Shown: positions 29,402 through 40,536 of the stretch, piece after piece
Layout of the letters: each line of letters opens with the position of its first letter
Numbering within the stretch: the first letter of the stretch is position 1
From: Candidatus Poribacteria bacterium
Lineage (GTDB): Bacteria > Poribacteria > WGA-4E > WGA-3G
DNA: 64,000 bases
NCBI GenBank assembly: GCA_963663765.2
Contig: CAXXUA010000002.1
Coordinates: 64,001 to 128,000 of the forward strand
Direction: 5' to 3'
Made by a program: the position numbers and the translations under genes
The notes under the pieces: generated by a model
Seen by the model: only the letters and a program-made list of their open reading frames with translations
Told to the model about the DNA's origin: nothing
Database searches by the model: none

Positions 29402-31063
29402 TTACTCTAATTCTCTAATTTCCAAAATTTGATTCGCAGGAATATCTTCCAGTTTCTGCTTTTTTCCGTTTTGCCATTGAACCTCAATACTTTCAATTTG
29501 CTGAGATTTACCTAACCCGAAGAGCAGTCGCATTTCACTTCCTGATGCATAACTGGAACCACTTTTTACTTCAGCTAATTGTGTGATACCGTTAGCATCT
29601 ATCTGCACTCTTGAACCGATTCCGTCGCGGTTGCTCTTTGTCCCGATGAGTTTAATCCCAATCCAGTTATAGTTATTCCCTCCGTCATTTCTGAGTAGTA
29701 CTGCCCGTTGATTAGAATTCATGATAACAATGTCAATATCCCCATCATTATCATAATCTGCGGACGCGGCTGCTCTACCTACAAGTTCCTCCGCGAAATA
29801 TGCGCCGGAAGTTTGCGTTACCTCTATATAAGTGCCATCCCCGTTGTTATGAAACAGTTGATCTCGTTGTGCATAAGTTTCGTAATCTAAGAGTTGTTCA
29901 ATGATCGCTTGTGGATGTCCATTTGCGCAGAAAATATCAAGGTATCCATCGTTATCATAGTCTATAAATAGGGGACTAAAACCGACAAAAGGCAAAGTCG
30001 GATGCTGTAGTTTACTCTCTGCGGTTGCTTCAGAAAAGATGTGATTACCGTCACCAAGATCCTGGTTTTTATAGAGTGTTGTTTTTTCCGAATTTGCGAC
30101 AATGAAGTCAAACCATCCATCTCGATTATAGTCACCAGCATCTACGCCCATTGAACCTTCTGCTGTGCCATTTTCATCATACCCTACTCCAAGGAACAGT
30201 GCTTCGTCAGTAAAAGTACCATCACCGTTGTTATGGTACAAGAAATTGCGGCATGTGTCGTTAGCAATGTAAATATCAGGATAGCGGTCATTGTCGTAAT
30301 CGCAGACAACAGCTGCCATACCTCTCCCCTCAGACGGATTTACCAATCCAGCAGTCTCAGCAACATTTGTAAAAGTACCGTCCCCATTGTTTCTATAAAG
30401 AACGTCTGGTGTTCCTGCATAACTTCTTGGATGTCCATATCCGATAATGCCTTTGTATTTCGTGATAGGCATGTTTGTGTCATAAACCAGATAGTTGACA
30501 ACAAAAATATCCAAATCCCCATCTATGTCATAGTCAAGATATACTGCTGCGATACTCCAATGTGTGTTGTCTATACCTGCTTTTTGAGTGATGTCTGTGA
30601 AAGTGCCGTCTCCATTATTTTGATAAAGTCGATCTTGTTTGTAGTTTGCGACATATAGGTCTGCATCACCATCATTATCAATATCCGCAGCGGAAGCAGC
30701 CATTCCGAATCCGACATCTCCAGTACCAGAACTATCAGTAACATCAGTAAATCGTCCGTTTCCATCGTTTCGGTAGAGTATGTTTTTTCCGGTCTTTTGA
30801 ATAGTGCTTTCAGACACTCCATCAACAGGGACTACGCCGCTGTTGACGAAATATAGGTCAGCGTCTCCGTCCACATCGTAATCAAAAAAGACAACGCCAG
30901 ATCCCATAGTTTCAATGATGTGTTTGTGTTCGGTTTTGCCGTTGTGATGTTTGAAGTCAATTCCAACTTCTTCGGTGACATCTACAAAGATTGGTTGTTG
31001 TGCAGCATAACTATTGATAACACATTGAAAAGATAATATTAGGAAAAATAGGTATTTAGGCAT
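29402..31063 (-). CDS. CRTAC1-family FG-GAP/VCBS repeat protein with ASPIC/UnbV C-terminal domain
   Basis: Repeated DYDNDG..D(I/L) and LY.NNGDGTFTD; SNRDGIGSRV, LLFGLG. Confidence 0.9.
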   Translation of the reverse strand: MPKYLFFLILSFQCVINSYAAQQPIFVDVTEEVGIDFKHHNGKTEHKHIIETMGSGVVFFDYDVDGDADLYFVNSGVVPVDGVSESTIQKTGKNILYRNDGNGRFTDVTDSSGTGDVGFGMAASAADIDNDGDADLYVANYKQDRLYQNNGDGTFTDITQKAGIDNTHWSIAAVYLDYDIDGDLDIFVVNYLVYDTNMPITKYKGIIGYGHPRSYAGTPDVLYRNNGDGTFTNVAETAGLVNPSEGRGMAAVVCDYDNDRYPDIYIANDTCRNFLYHNNGDGTFTDEALFLGVGYDENGTAEGSMGVDAGDYNRDGWFDFIVANSEKTTLYKNQDLGDGNHIFSEATAESKLQHPTLPFVGFSPLFIDYDNDGYLDIFCANGHPQAIIEQLLDYETYAQRDQLFHNNGDGTYIEVTQTSGAYFAEELVGRAAASADYDNDGDIDIVIMNSNQRAVLLRNDGGNNYNWIGIKLIGTKSNRDGIGSRVQIDANGITQLAEVKSGSSYASGSEMRLLFGLGKSQQIESIEVQWQNGKKQKLEDIPANQILEIRELE

Positions 31064-31087
31064 AAGGACTCCGCGGAGGGCTCATAT

Positions 31088-31921
<834 letters not shown>

Positions 31922-31946
31922 TACATTCTTCCTTAAATATGAGTAT

Positions 31947-33140
31947 CTATTGTTTTCTGCTCTGTTTAGATAACAAAGTTTCGTACAACTTTTGATGTTT
32001 TTGAGAGAGTTTGAGTTTTCCAATACTTTGATACAGTTTTGAAAGGTTTAGGTGGAAATAGGGTTGTTCTTGGTCTAATTCAACTGCTTGTTCAAACATT
32101 GTAATTGCATTATTTATATCACCAATCATTGCATAAGCACTTCCAAGCGTATTATAATACAGTGCAGTTTTTGGCATGAGTTTTGCTGCCTTAGTTACAG
32201 GTTCCAATGCCAATTTCGGATATCTCATGTTAATGAATGCTTGTCCCAGTGCGTGGTAAAATCCAGCAAGTGTTTGGGGTGATGCCTTTTGCTTTATGCT
32301 AAGTTGAATGCAAGTTTGTAAGGTGATGATTGCCCGGTTATACTTTTTTTGTCGCATTAGGACTTTTGCTAAACCAGACCAACCATCAAGGTTGTTTGGG
32401 TCTACGCGTGTCAGTCGCGTAAATCTTTCATAATCTACATTGTTTTTCTGTAGTCGTTGGTAAATTTGCATTTCTGCTTTGCTTTTCTCAGTTTCACCGA
32501 TACGCATGTACGCTGTGCCGAGTCCGAAATGAGGATCTGCAAAGTCAGGTGGACCAAACTTGACTGCTTTTGTGAAATGTTCTATTGCTTCGTCGTAGTG
32601 TTTTAGATTTAGGTAGGCAGTGCCAATTTCATTATAATTCTGTGTAGCATTTGGTCTAAGCATAATTGCTTCTTTTAGTACCTCTACCGCTTCTGAATAC
32701 TGACGAAGTTTGACGTATGTCTTACCGAGTAGTTCAAATCCGCGTGCATGTTTCGGTGATAATTCGGTGACCTTTTGCAATGGTTTGATTGCATCCTGCC
32801 ACTGATTTAGTTTGAAATGTACGACACTCAAGGAATATAGAACTTCAATATTATCAGGTTTTAAATCTAAGGAACGCTTAAAAACTTCAACTGCTTTATT
32901 CCATGATTCGTTTTCTGCATAAGACATACCCAAATAGTGTAGTATTTCAAAGTGATTAGGTTCTATGGATAGTGCTGCTTCAAAAGCAGAAATCGCATTG
33001 ACATTATCACCATTGAATAGGTAGATAAAACCTTTTTCAACGTTTTGCACGTAAGTACTATGGTTTGTGTTCTGTGCAAATAGTCCGTTCAATGGACAAC
33101 AGGTACAGAGAATGAGTAATATTTTCAACCAAATTCGCAT
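31947..33140 (-). CDS. Secreted tetratricopeptide repeat protein
   Basis: Repeated LG..Y......A...F..A..L.P motifs; signal peptide from ATG 33140. Confidence 0.85.
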   Translation of the reverse strand: MRIWLKILLILCTCCPLNGLFAQNTNHSTYVQNVEKGFIYLFNGDNVNAISAFEAALSIEPNHFEILHYLGMSYAENESWNKAVEVFKRSLDLKPDNIEVLYSLSVVHFKLNQWQDAIKPLQKVTELSPKHARGFELLGKTYVKLRQYSEAVEVLKEAIMLRPNATQNYNEIGTAYLNLKHYDEAIEHFTKAVKFGPPDFADPHFGLGTAYMRIGETEKSKAEMQIYQRLQKNNVDYERFTRLTRVDPNNLDGWSGLAKVLMRQKKYNRAIITLQTCIQLSIKQKASPQTLAGFYHALGQAFINMRYPKLALEPVTKAAKLMPKTALYYNTLGSAYAMIGDINNAITMFEQAVELDQEQPYFHLNLSKLYQSIGKLKLSQKHQKLYETLLSKQSRKQ

Positions 33141-33602
33141 CTTTTTAACCTGATTTTTTTTCAAACAATTCCTTTTCAAGAGATCTGACAATCTTGGATA
33201 AATACTGCAACATAATGGCTATTGATGAAATGATGGTTATATTATAGCAATAAATTTCTAAAATTACAAACAGATTGTGAAATTCGCAGGTTTATTTATT
33301 ATGTTATAGGTTTCCGTTGTATTCTTTATATTTTAGTTCTTCATGAATGGGTATTTATGATTTATCTGTGGAGTGGAACAATAGTTAAACAATAGATTTC
33401 ATGGTTTGGTTTTATTTTGAAAGCGAAGGAAAATGAATGCACACCCACACACTTAGAAATAGTGCTTTGAATAGTTTTTCGCTCAAAAAAACTTGCTTAA
33501 TAAAACATAATAAGGTATCCTTTTTAATACGGTTTAACATGTCGCATCTACTGAGAGATCTGAAGATAAATCAGGAGATAAGAAAGATTGGGAGGAATCT
33601 GG

Positions 33603-34301
33603 ATGGCAGAAAAACTATCCATTGTGATTCCGATATACAACGAGGCAGAACATTTAGAAGAGATTCTAAGACAAATTCAAGCTGTTGATATCGGCATGGA
33701 AAAAGAACTGATTCTGGTCGATGATTGTTCAACAGATGGCACTCGCGAAATACTTCAGAAACTGCAGAACGCTGCTGACAATACAGCAAAAGTCTTCTAC
33801 CACGAAATTAATCGGGGAAAAGGAGCAACTTTACGAACAGGTTTTGAACATATAACAGGCGAAATTACGTTGATTCAGGATGCGGATTTGGAATATGATC
33901 CAAATGATTACCCGAAATTGCTTGAACCCATTCTAACGAATCAAGCAAGTGTCGTGTATGGGTCTCGTTTCATGGAGGGACGTCAAGAAGGCTTGTTACG
34001 CAGTTATCTTGCTAACCGATTTCTCACAGGTCTTTCAAATTTAGTCAATGGTACAAAATTGACCGATATGGAAACCTGCTATAAGGTCATTAAAACCGAG
34101 ATTTTGAAGGGGATATCACTTCATTCTGATAGGTTCGGTTTTGAACCAGAAATTACTGCAAAACTTGCCAGGCGAAAATGCAAAATTGTTGATGTACCGA
34201 TAAGTTATCGTGGTAGGGATTACCATCAAGGCAAGACAGTCAGTTGGAAAGATGGTATTGCGGCGATTTTTCATATCATTCGGTTCCGTTTCTTTTCATA
34301 G
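33603..34301 (+). CDS. Glycosyltransferase family 2 (DPM1-like)
   Basis: LSIVIPIYNE, VDDCSTDGT, QDADLEYDP, FGFEPE; GGAGG RBS. Confidence 0.92.
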   Translation: MAEKLSIVIPIYNEAEHLEEILRQIQAVDIGMEKELILVDDCSTDGTREILQKLQNAADNTAKVFYHEINRGKGATLRTGFEHITGEITLIQDADLEYDPNDYPKLLEPILTNQASVVYGSRFMEGRQEGLLRSYLANRFLTGLSNLVNGTKLTDMETCYKVIKTEILKGISLHSDRFGFEPEITAKLARRKCKIVDVPISYRGRDYHQGKTVSWKDGIAAIFHIIRFRFFS

Positions 34302-34319
34302 ATTTTCTTCATTATTTTT

Positions 34320-36101
34320 ATGCAAAAAAGATATCTAAAGGATTTACTAAAAGAGGTGGATGGTATCCTTAATTCATCTCAAGAGTCCGATCCACAACCT
34401 GACCTTGAACAGCTTGAAGACCAAGATGATGAACTACTAAATGCATTAAGTCAACACTTTGAACATGTTGCTTTCAAAAAAGGACAACGTGAAATAATTG
34501 AAGCCATATTAGATGGCGAAAATGTATTTGCAATTTTTCCAACAGGACACGGAAAATCTTTATGTTACCAATTGCCTGCCTTAATGTTACAAGGAACAAC
34601 GGTTGTCGTCTCACCCTTGATTTCTTTGATGAAGGATCAGGTAGACGCTTTAAAGGCACGTGGTGTTAAATCGGTATCATTGATTAACAGCACGTTATCC
34701 TGGGAAGATTATCTGTATGAGATCAATCGGTTAAAGCAGGGAAAAACAAAATTACTATATATCTCTCCTGAACGTCTCCGTAGTAGAAGGTTCTTAGATT
34801 TACTCAATTCTATTCTCATTTCTCTATTTGTTATTGATGAGGCACACTGTATATCCCAATGGGGACGTGATTTTCGTCCTGCCTACCTTTCGCTCTGTGA
34901 TGCCTTAAGTACACTCTACCCAAGAGCAATAGCACTTTTTACAGCGACTGCTCCCCCCGATATTCGTAAGGATATTCTTAACATCCTTGATATTCCGAAT
35001 CCACGTGTACTTATTCAAGGAATGGCAAGACCCAATTTAAAGTTGTCTGTTCTTGAAAGCAAAGATAAAGAACACAAGTATACTTTACTTGACGAAAGTA
35101 TGCAATCACTTAAAGGCAATGGAATTATCTATGCGGGTAGACGCAGCGAAACTGAGGAGATTGCTAATTATCTCAAGGAACAGGGATATAAAGCGGATTA
35201 TTACCATGCAGGACGTGAATTGTTTAATCGGAAACAGATACAAGAAGCATTTTTTGATGATAGCGGCGATGGATTAGACATCGTAGTTGCGACAAATGCT
35301 TTTGGTATGGGGATTGATAAGCCGAACATAAGATTTATTATACATTGGACGATGACGGGTACGCTTGAGGAATATTGTCAAGAAATTGGTCGTGCAGGTA
35401 GAGATGAATTAGACTCACAATGTATTTTAATATATTACCATGATGACCGTGGTTTACATGAATACTTTATCAAAGAGAGTGCTCCAGATAAACCATCACT
35501 TCTAAAGCTTCTGCAAGAAATTGAAAATCTAAAGGGGGCGGGACAATTTCGAATGGTAGCATTAGAAGAATTAATACTGAAAAGCGGATTTAATGAAGCA
35601 AAACTGCAGGTTGCATTTACATATTTAGAGAAACTTGGTTTTATAAAAAGATGGCATAATGTCCCGGCTCGTATTTCGGTGAGTTTGCGTTCATCTACTC
35701 ACGTAACGTCAGCAACACATTCTGAATTGCTAAAGCAGCTGGGACGAAGAAAAGTTACGGACATTATTACTTTTTGCCAAGAGTTTGACCTGAGTCCGCG
35801 TATCGTTATGGAGCAACTGGCAGAACTTCAGAACGACGGTTGTCTTCAATACTGGGGTAAGGATGACCTTATGCTGATAGAATTGTTGCAGGATAGTGAG
35901 TTCTTTGATTCTCTCTCCGAAGACCAGATGGGTTTCTCTGATTATGTCAAATACAAGCAGAGCAGAATTGATAAAATGGTGCGGTATGCAGGTTCTGAGG
36001 AATGCAGAATTAGAGTTATACGTCGTTATTTTGGTGAGGAAGTCGCAGATGATTACCGATGTGGTACGTGTGATAGGTGCAGTCAAAATTGTATAAAATG
36101 A
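34320..36101 (+). CDS. recQ: RecQ-family ATP-dependent DNA helicase
   Basis: PTGHGKSLCYQLP, DEAHCISQWG, ATNAFGMGIDK, QEIGRAGRD, Zn-binding CGTCDRC. Confidence 0.88.
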   Translation: MQKRYLKDLLKEVDGILNSSQESDPQPDLEQLEDQDDELLNALSQHFEHVAFKKGQREIIEAILDGENVFAIFPTGHGKSLCYQLPALMLQGTTVVVSPLISLMKDQVDALKARGVKSVSLINSTLSWEDYLYEINRLKQGKTKLLYISPERLRSRRFLDLLNSILISLFVIDEAHCISQWGRDFRPAYLSLCDALSTLYPRAIALFTATAPPDIRKDILNILDIPNPRVLIQGMARPNLKLSVLESKDKEHKYTLLDESMQSLKGNGIIYAGRRSETEEIANYLKEQGYKADYYHAGRELFNRKQIQEAFFDDSGDGLDIVVATNAFGMGIDKPNIRFIIHWTMTGTLEEYCQEIGRAGRDELDSQCILIYYHDDRGLHEYFIKESAPDKPSLLKLLQEIENLKGAGQFRMVALEELILKSGFNEAKLQVAFTYLEKLGFIKRWHNVPARISVSLRSSTHVTSATHSELLKQLGRRKVTDIITFCQEFDLSPRIVMEQLAELQNDGCLQYWGKDDLMLIELLQDSEFFDSLSEDQMGFSDYVKYKQSRIDKMVRYAGSEECRIRVIRRYFGEEVADDYRCGTCDRCSQNCIK

Positions 36102-36107
36102 TATACG

Positions 36108-37325
36108 TTATATCTTTTTTAGTACTTCTTGATATACGGTTTGGAGTGGGATGTTATTATTTTCTGCGATTGACTTGCAGTCTTCATATTCAGGAGTTGA
36201 CTTGATGAGAACCTCATTTAAGTAACCCCGTTTGACACGGACATTACCCCATTGTGTTACCACATCTGTAAAATCTCGATTGAGAATTACACGGTTTGCG
36301 GGATAATAACGAACTCCGAAAGTTGTTGTTTCTGTAAGAAGTACTTTGATCAACTTGTCTCTATTGACAGAAGGACAGAGGACGTTTATCTGAGTACCGG
36401 GTCTACCTTTCTTCATCAGTGTTGAAACAAATAGCACATCTAATGCTCCGATTTCAAAAAGTTTCTCCATGACATAACCAGAGATTTCAGGGGTCATGTC
36501 GTCTACGTTTGTTTCTATAATTTCTATCTGTTCCCTCATGCCGAAACTGGCATCAAACATCCCAGATTCAGTGTCTTCATTGCTTTTTTCTCCAATGCAT
36601 ATACGCAGAAGATTCGGTTGTTGTTCCAAATCTCTAGTACCAGCACCGTAACCGATTTTGTCAACTGTCATATCTTTCATAACACCAAAGTCTTTAGCGA
36701 GTGTTGTGATGATTGCAGCACCTGTTGGTGTAACTAATTCATGGGGTATATCAGTTTGACGAATTGGAACACCGTTTAGGAGTTCCATTGTGCCAGGGAC
36801 AGGAACTGGCATCTTGCCGTGTGCACAACGAACAAAGCCTCTACCAAGGGAAAGGGGAGAAGCATAAATCTCTTCAATACCAAGTTCCTTCAAACCGATG
36901 ACAGAACCGATTATGTCCACGATTGAATCTATCCCGCTTACTTCGTGCAGGTGTACCTTGTGTTTGTCAGTGGCGTGAACTGTTGCTTCAGCTGATGCAA
37001 GTCTGTCAAAAATCTGTTTCGCAGTTTCACGAATTTCTGTATCAAGTTGACTATTATCCAATAGTGAAAAAATATCAGAAAGGTGTCTACTGGGACCGTG
37101 GGTATGCTTGTGGATTTCTGGTTCAAGTGCGGTTTCAACTTTTGCATGCGTTCCACTGATATTATGTTTTGATGTTTTTTGGATATGGATACTGAATTCA
37201 TCATCAAGGTTTAGCTTCTGTAATTCAGTTGTAAGTATATCTGTATCAACCCCTGCATCAACAATGGCGCCGAGTATCATGTCACCACTAATACCAGAGA
37301 AACAATCAAAATATGCGATTTTCAA
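36108..37325 (-). CDS. larC: Nickel pincer cofactor biosynthesis protein LarC
   Basis: KIAYFDCFSGISGDMILGA, VHLHEV, ELVTPTGAA, MKKGRPG, PEYEDC; probable TTG start at 37325. Confidence 0.9.
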   Translation of the reverse strand: MKIAYFDCFSGISGDMILGAIVDAGVDTDILTTELQKLNLDDEFSIHIQKTSKHNISGTHAKVETALEPEIHKHTHGPSRHLSDIFSLLDNSQLDTEIRETAKQIFDRLASAEATVHATDKHKVHLHEVSGIDSIVDIIGSVIGLKELGIEEIYASPLSLGRGFVRCAHGKMPVPVPGTMELLNGVPIRQTDIPHELVTPTGAAIITTLAKDFGVMKDMTVDKIGYGAGTRDLEQQPNLLRICIGEKSNEDTESGMFDASFGMREQIEIIETNVDDMTPEISGYVMEKLFEIGALDVLFVSTLMKKGRPGTQINVLCPSVNRDKLIKVLLTETTTFGVRYYPANRVILNRDFTDVVTQWGNVRVKRGYLNEVLIKSTPEYEDCKSIAENNNIPLQTVYQEVLKKI

Positions 37326-37465
37326 ATGGGTATGTCCTTTGATTGGATAGTAGGAAGTGAAATTAGAAAACTGCAGAACGTTGCATAATTTTCTTTCTTG
37401 GCAAGTATTGCAAATAACAAACTTATGAAGGTGTATAGACACCTTCATAAGATGGGGATATGTTA

Positions 37466-39133
37466 TTATTTTTGAAAAAGTTCCATCAATAACTCTTTCG
37501 GTTCATTTCTTCGGAGTTTATTGAGAGCTTCAACTTCAATTTGTCTGACTCGTTCACGGCTGATTTCAAGTTTTGTACCGATGTCAGCGAGTGTGTATTC
37601 AGTGCCATCTATCAACCCGTAACGTAGCACAATGACATGCGTTTCACGTGGATTAAGTGTCCTGTTGAGCACCTCTTCCAAGACTTCAATTTTGGAATAA
37701 TTGACTAACTCAGTTTCCGGAGTGATTTGTGAATTGTCAGGAATCATATCTCGGATAGGCACTTCTGGTGCTGCTTCATTTATCGGTGCGTCCAATGAAA
37801 TTGGGTCTTTTGTTGCTTGTAAGATTTCATCAACCTTTTTCTCGGTAAGTTTGACTTCATGTGCGATTTCTTTTATAGTCGGTTCACGTCCGAGTTTTAT
37901 AGTCAGATTAGATTGAACTTGTTTGATCAATCGTCGTGTTTCACCGATATAGCATGGAACACGGATAATCTGTCCTTGTTGGTCGATTGCGCGTTTAATG
38001 GATTGCATCACCCACCAAGTTGCATAGGTGCTGAATCTATATCTGAGCGTGTGGTCAAACTTCTCAACAGCCTTCATTAGTCCGATGCTGCCTTCTTGCA
38101 TGAGATCAAGAAAGGTCAAAGCCGTTTTGTTGAAATGGTGTTGTTTTGCGATGCTTGCTACTAATCGCAAGTTGGCTTCAACGATTTTCATTTTTGTACC
38201 GTGTGCAAGTTTATCCGCATCATTGAGTTTTGTCAGAAGGTTTTGTATATAATCCAATTCAGCTTGAAGTGTTTCTAACAGAGGATCTATCGTGCTTGTA
38301 GTCCACTGAACATCAGGTGTCGTACCCATATTTGAGTATACTGTTTCTTCCAAAAGTTCAGAGGGGATTTTATTCATTAGTTGTACAAATTCATACTGTG
38401 TGTAGGAAAATGTATCAAGCAATAGTGTTACCTCCGCTTCCTCAAGCGGGTCTGCTTTGTTGATGGAGTCTCGTTCTAAACTTTGTGAAAACTGTTTCTG
38501 TTCCTGTTCGGACAGTATTGCTGTGTTTCGCACTTGTGATTTTCTTGCCGCATTGATGTTTTCACGTATAGTTTTTCTTGCATGAGATTTGAACTTCTTC
38601 CCATTTTCTGGTATCCAAGATTCTATAGCATTTAACAGACTGAGATAACCTACTTGCATTAATTCATGTGACATATCAGAATCTGAGTCGTTTGCATATT
38701 TTTTCAATAGATATAGGTTTCCTAATAGAATCTTAGTCTTTAACCGAACTAATTTATCTCGTTTATTTTCTAATCTATTAAATAAGTCATAAATAGACTG
38801 TATTTGAACTGTAATCTGATTTACAATCTGTCCATGTTCCTTCTGTGAGGGTAATACTTTTTCTCCTGCGTTGCGTTGGTTCTTAGTTGGGTATTCTAAT
38901 GAGGTGTATACCCATTTCGGAAGTAATTCAAAACTTGATGTGAATGCCTGAATCCCCTTTTGGTATTCCACAAAAAGTGCTTTTTCCTGTTGGGGTTCCA
39001 ACAACGGTGTTTTAGCAATAGTCTGAAGATAAGCGAAGGTTTCGTCCTTTACAGGCGCGTTGTTCTCCGCTTTTTTCTCCTCTGCTGGAAACATGTCCAA
39101 TTCTACTAAATCAGAGGGGTAAATGTTATTCAT
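37466..39133 (-). CDS. RpoD/SigA-like sigma70 factor with an extra degenerate region 2
   Basis: YLQTIAKTPLL, EANLRLVASIAK, DLMQEGSIGLMKAVEKFD, FSTYATWW, ISRERVRQIE. Confidence 0.88.
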   Translation of the reverse strand: MNNIYPSDLVELDMFPAEEKKAENNAPVKDETFAYLQTIAKTPLLEPQQEKALFVEYQKGIQAFTSSFELLPKWVYTSLEYPTKNQRNAGEKVLPSQKEHGQIVNQITVQIQSIYDLFNRLENKRDKLVRLKTKILLGNLYLLKKYANDSDSDMSHELMQVGYLSLLNAIESWIPENGKKFKSHARKTIRENINAARKSQVRNTAILSEQEQKQFSQSLERDSINKADPLEEAEVTLLLDTFSYTQYEFVQLMNKIPSELLEETVYSNMGTTPDVQWTTSTIDPLLETLQAELDYIQNLLTKLNDADKLAHGTKMKIVEANLRLVASIAKQHHFNKTALTFLDLMQEGSIGLMKAVEKFDHTLRYRFSTYATWWVMQSIKRAIDQQGQIIRVPCYIGETRRLIKQVQSNLTIKLGREPTIKEIAHEVKLTEKKVDEILQATKDPISLDAPINEAAPEVPIRDMIPDNSQITPETELVNYSKIEVLEEVLNRTLNPRETHVIVLRYGLIDGTEYTLADIGTKLEISRERVRQIEVEALNKLRRNEPKELLMELFQK

Positions 39134-39374
39134 TTTTTGTTCCTCATGTCAACGCAAATTTCTTTGCTTCATAGAACCGATTATATAGTTGTCTTCAAGT
39201 GATCTTAATGCTATAAAAGGAAAAGTTTACTTTTTCTTACATCACTATTAAAAAAAGAATTCTTGAATTAGTGCTAAAAATGTGCTACATTACCGTTTCA
39301 AAATGTGTACATTGAACTTTATCAATTACTTTATGAGTTTTGGACTAAATAAACATCAATAGTGGAGGTATTTT

Positions 39375-39950
39375 ATGCAAGAAAAAAGTCAAAGTAATGT
39401 TGTAGAACGTATATCCGCTGGTGAATCTTTTGCGAATGAAAACTTAGAAAATATAAATTTGGCGAACCAATCTCTTGTCGGTGCAGATTTTTCTGCAGCA
39501 AATTTAAGTGGTGCGAATTTGAAAAATGCAGATTTAACTGATGCAAACCTAAACGATGCAAATCTTGAAGGTGCTGATCTTTCTGAAGCAGTATTGTTAC
39601 GCTCTTACCTTGTAGGTGCTAATCTTAAGGAGGCGACTCTTGAGAATGCTAATCTATTTGGTGCATTTCTGAGTGGGAGTCTTCTCTCTGGTACAAACTT
39701 TCGTGGTGCAGATTTACGTCGCGCAACTCTTGGTTGTCCAAAATGCGTACCAACCGAACAGTTTGGTAGTCTGACAACCTTTGAAAATGCAAACTTAGAA
39801 GAAGCAATCTTTGGTGAAATCAAATTAGATGGAATCGTATTATTGGGTGCAAATTTCAAAGGCGCATACCTCTACGAGGTTGATTTATCTGAAGCAATAT
39901 ACCGTGAAAGCGACCTTGAAGGTGCAATTACTAAACAGGGACGAAACTAA
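39375..39950 (+). CDS. Pentapeptide repeat protein
   Basis: A(D/N)Lxx repeats; GGAGG RBS. Confidence 0.9.
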   Translation: MQEKSQSNVVERISAGESFANENLENINLANQSLVGADFSAANLSGANLKNADLTDANLNDANLEGADLSEAVLLRSYLVGANLKEATLENANLFGAFLSGSLLSGTNFRGADLRRATLGCPKCVPTEQFGSLTTFENANLEEAIFGEIKLDGIVLLGANFKGAYLYEVDLSEAIYRESDLEGAITKQGRN

Positions 39951-39993
39951 CTATATGATTATTTGCCAAAATTTCTAATCAGAAACTTTCTGT

Positions 39994-40031
39994 CACAACC
40001 CTGACCATCATCGGTTCGGGGTTGTGTTTTT
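39994..40031 (+). terminator. Intrinsic terminator
   Basis: CACAACCCTGACC...GGTTCGGGGTTGTG followed by TTTTT. Confidence 0.6.
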
Positions 40032-40536
40032 AATGGGCAAACTTACCATAGAAGAATCTTTGCTTGCTAAAAAAGAGTTATGTTTGAAGAAATGCTAGTC
40101 GGTTTGCATTGTATTATGACGTTTTAAACACCAAATAGTTTACAAATATGCATTTTTCTTAAAAAACGTGAACTCGTTAAAAGTCTTTGTAGAGCATACT
40201 GTTAGTTTGCGTTCCACAGATGCACAAAATAACAGTTTGTGCTATAGTAGATTTCTCTATTTGTAAGGTTTTAGATTGCATAATAGGAAAAACACCTACC
40301 TATCTATACCCAAAATTCAAGTGGTTTTCGGACGCCCAGTTTACAATACTTTATTTCAGATCTCACGAAAAATCTATTATGTCCTTTAACGTGTGTTTTC
40401 TATCAGTTATTTCAAGAATAGATGTAGTTAGAAAAATACACACCAAACTATGTAAATATAATTATAACACAAGTAAACGAGTTTGTCAAATATATTTGTG
40501 TGGAAGTCAAAGTTCCATAAGGTTTATCCCATAATC

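Noticed and set aside
36108-37325. Lactate racemase (lar) operon
   Set aside because: Only larC is present; stand-alone larC is common
40220-40534. 104-aa plus-strand ORF
   Set aside because: AT-rich intergenic sequence, no clear RBS or motif
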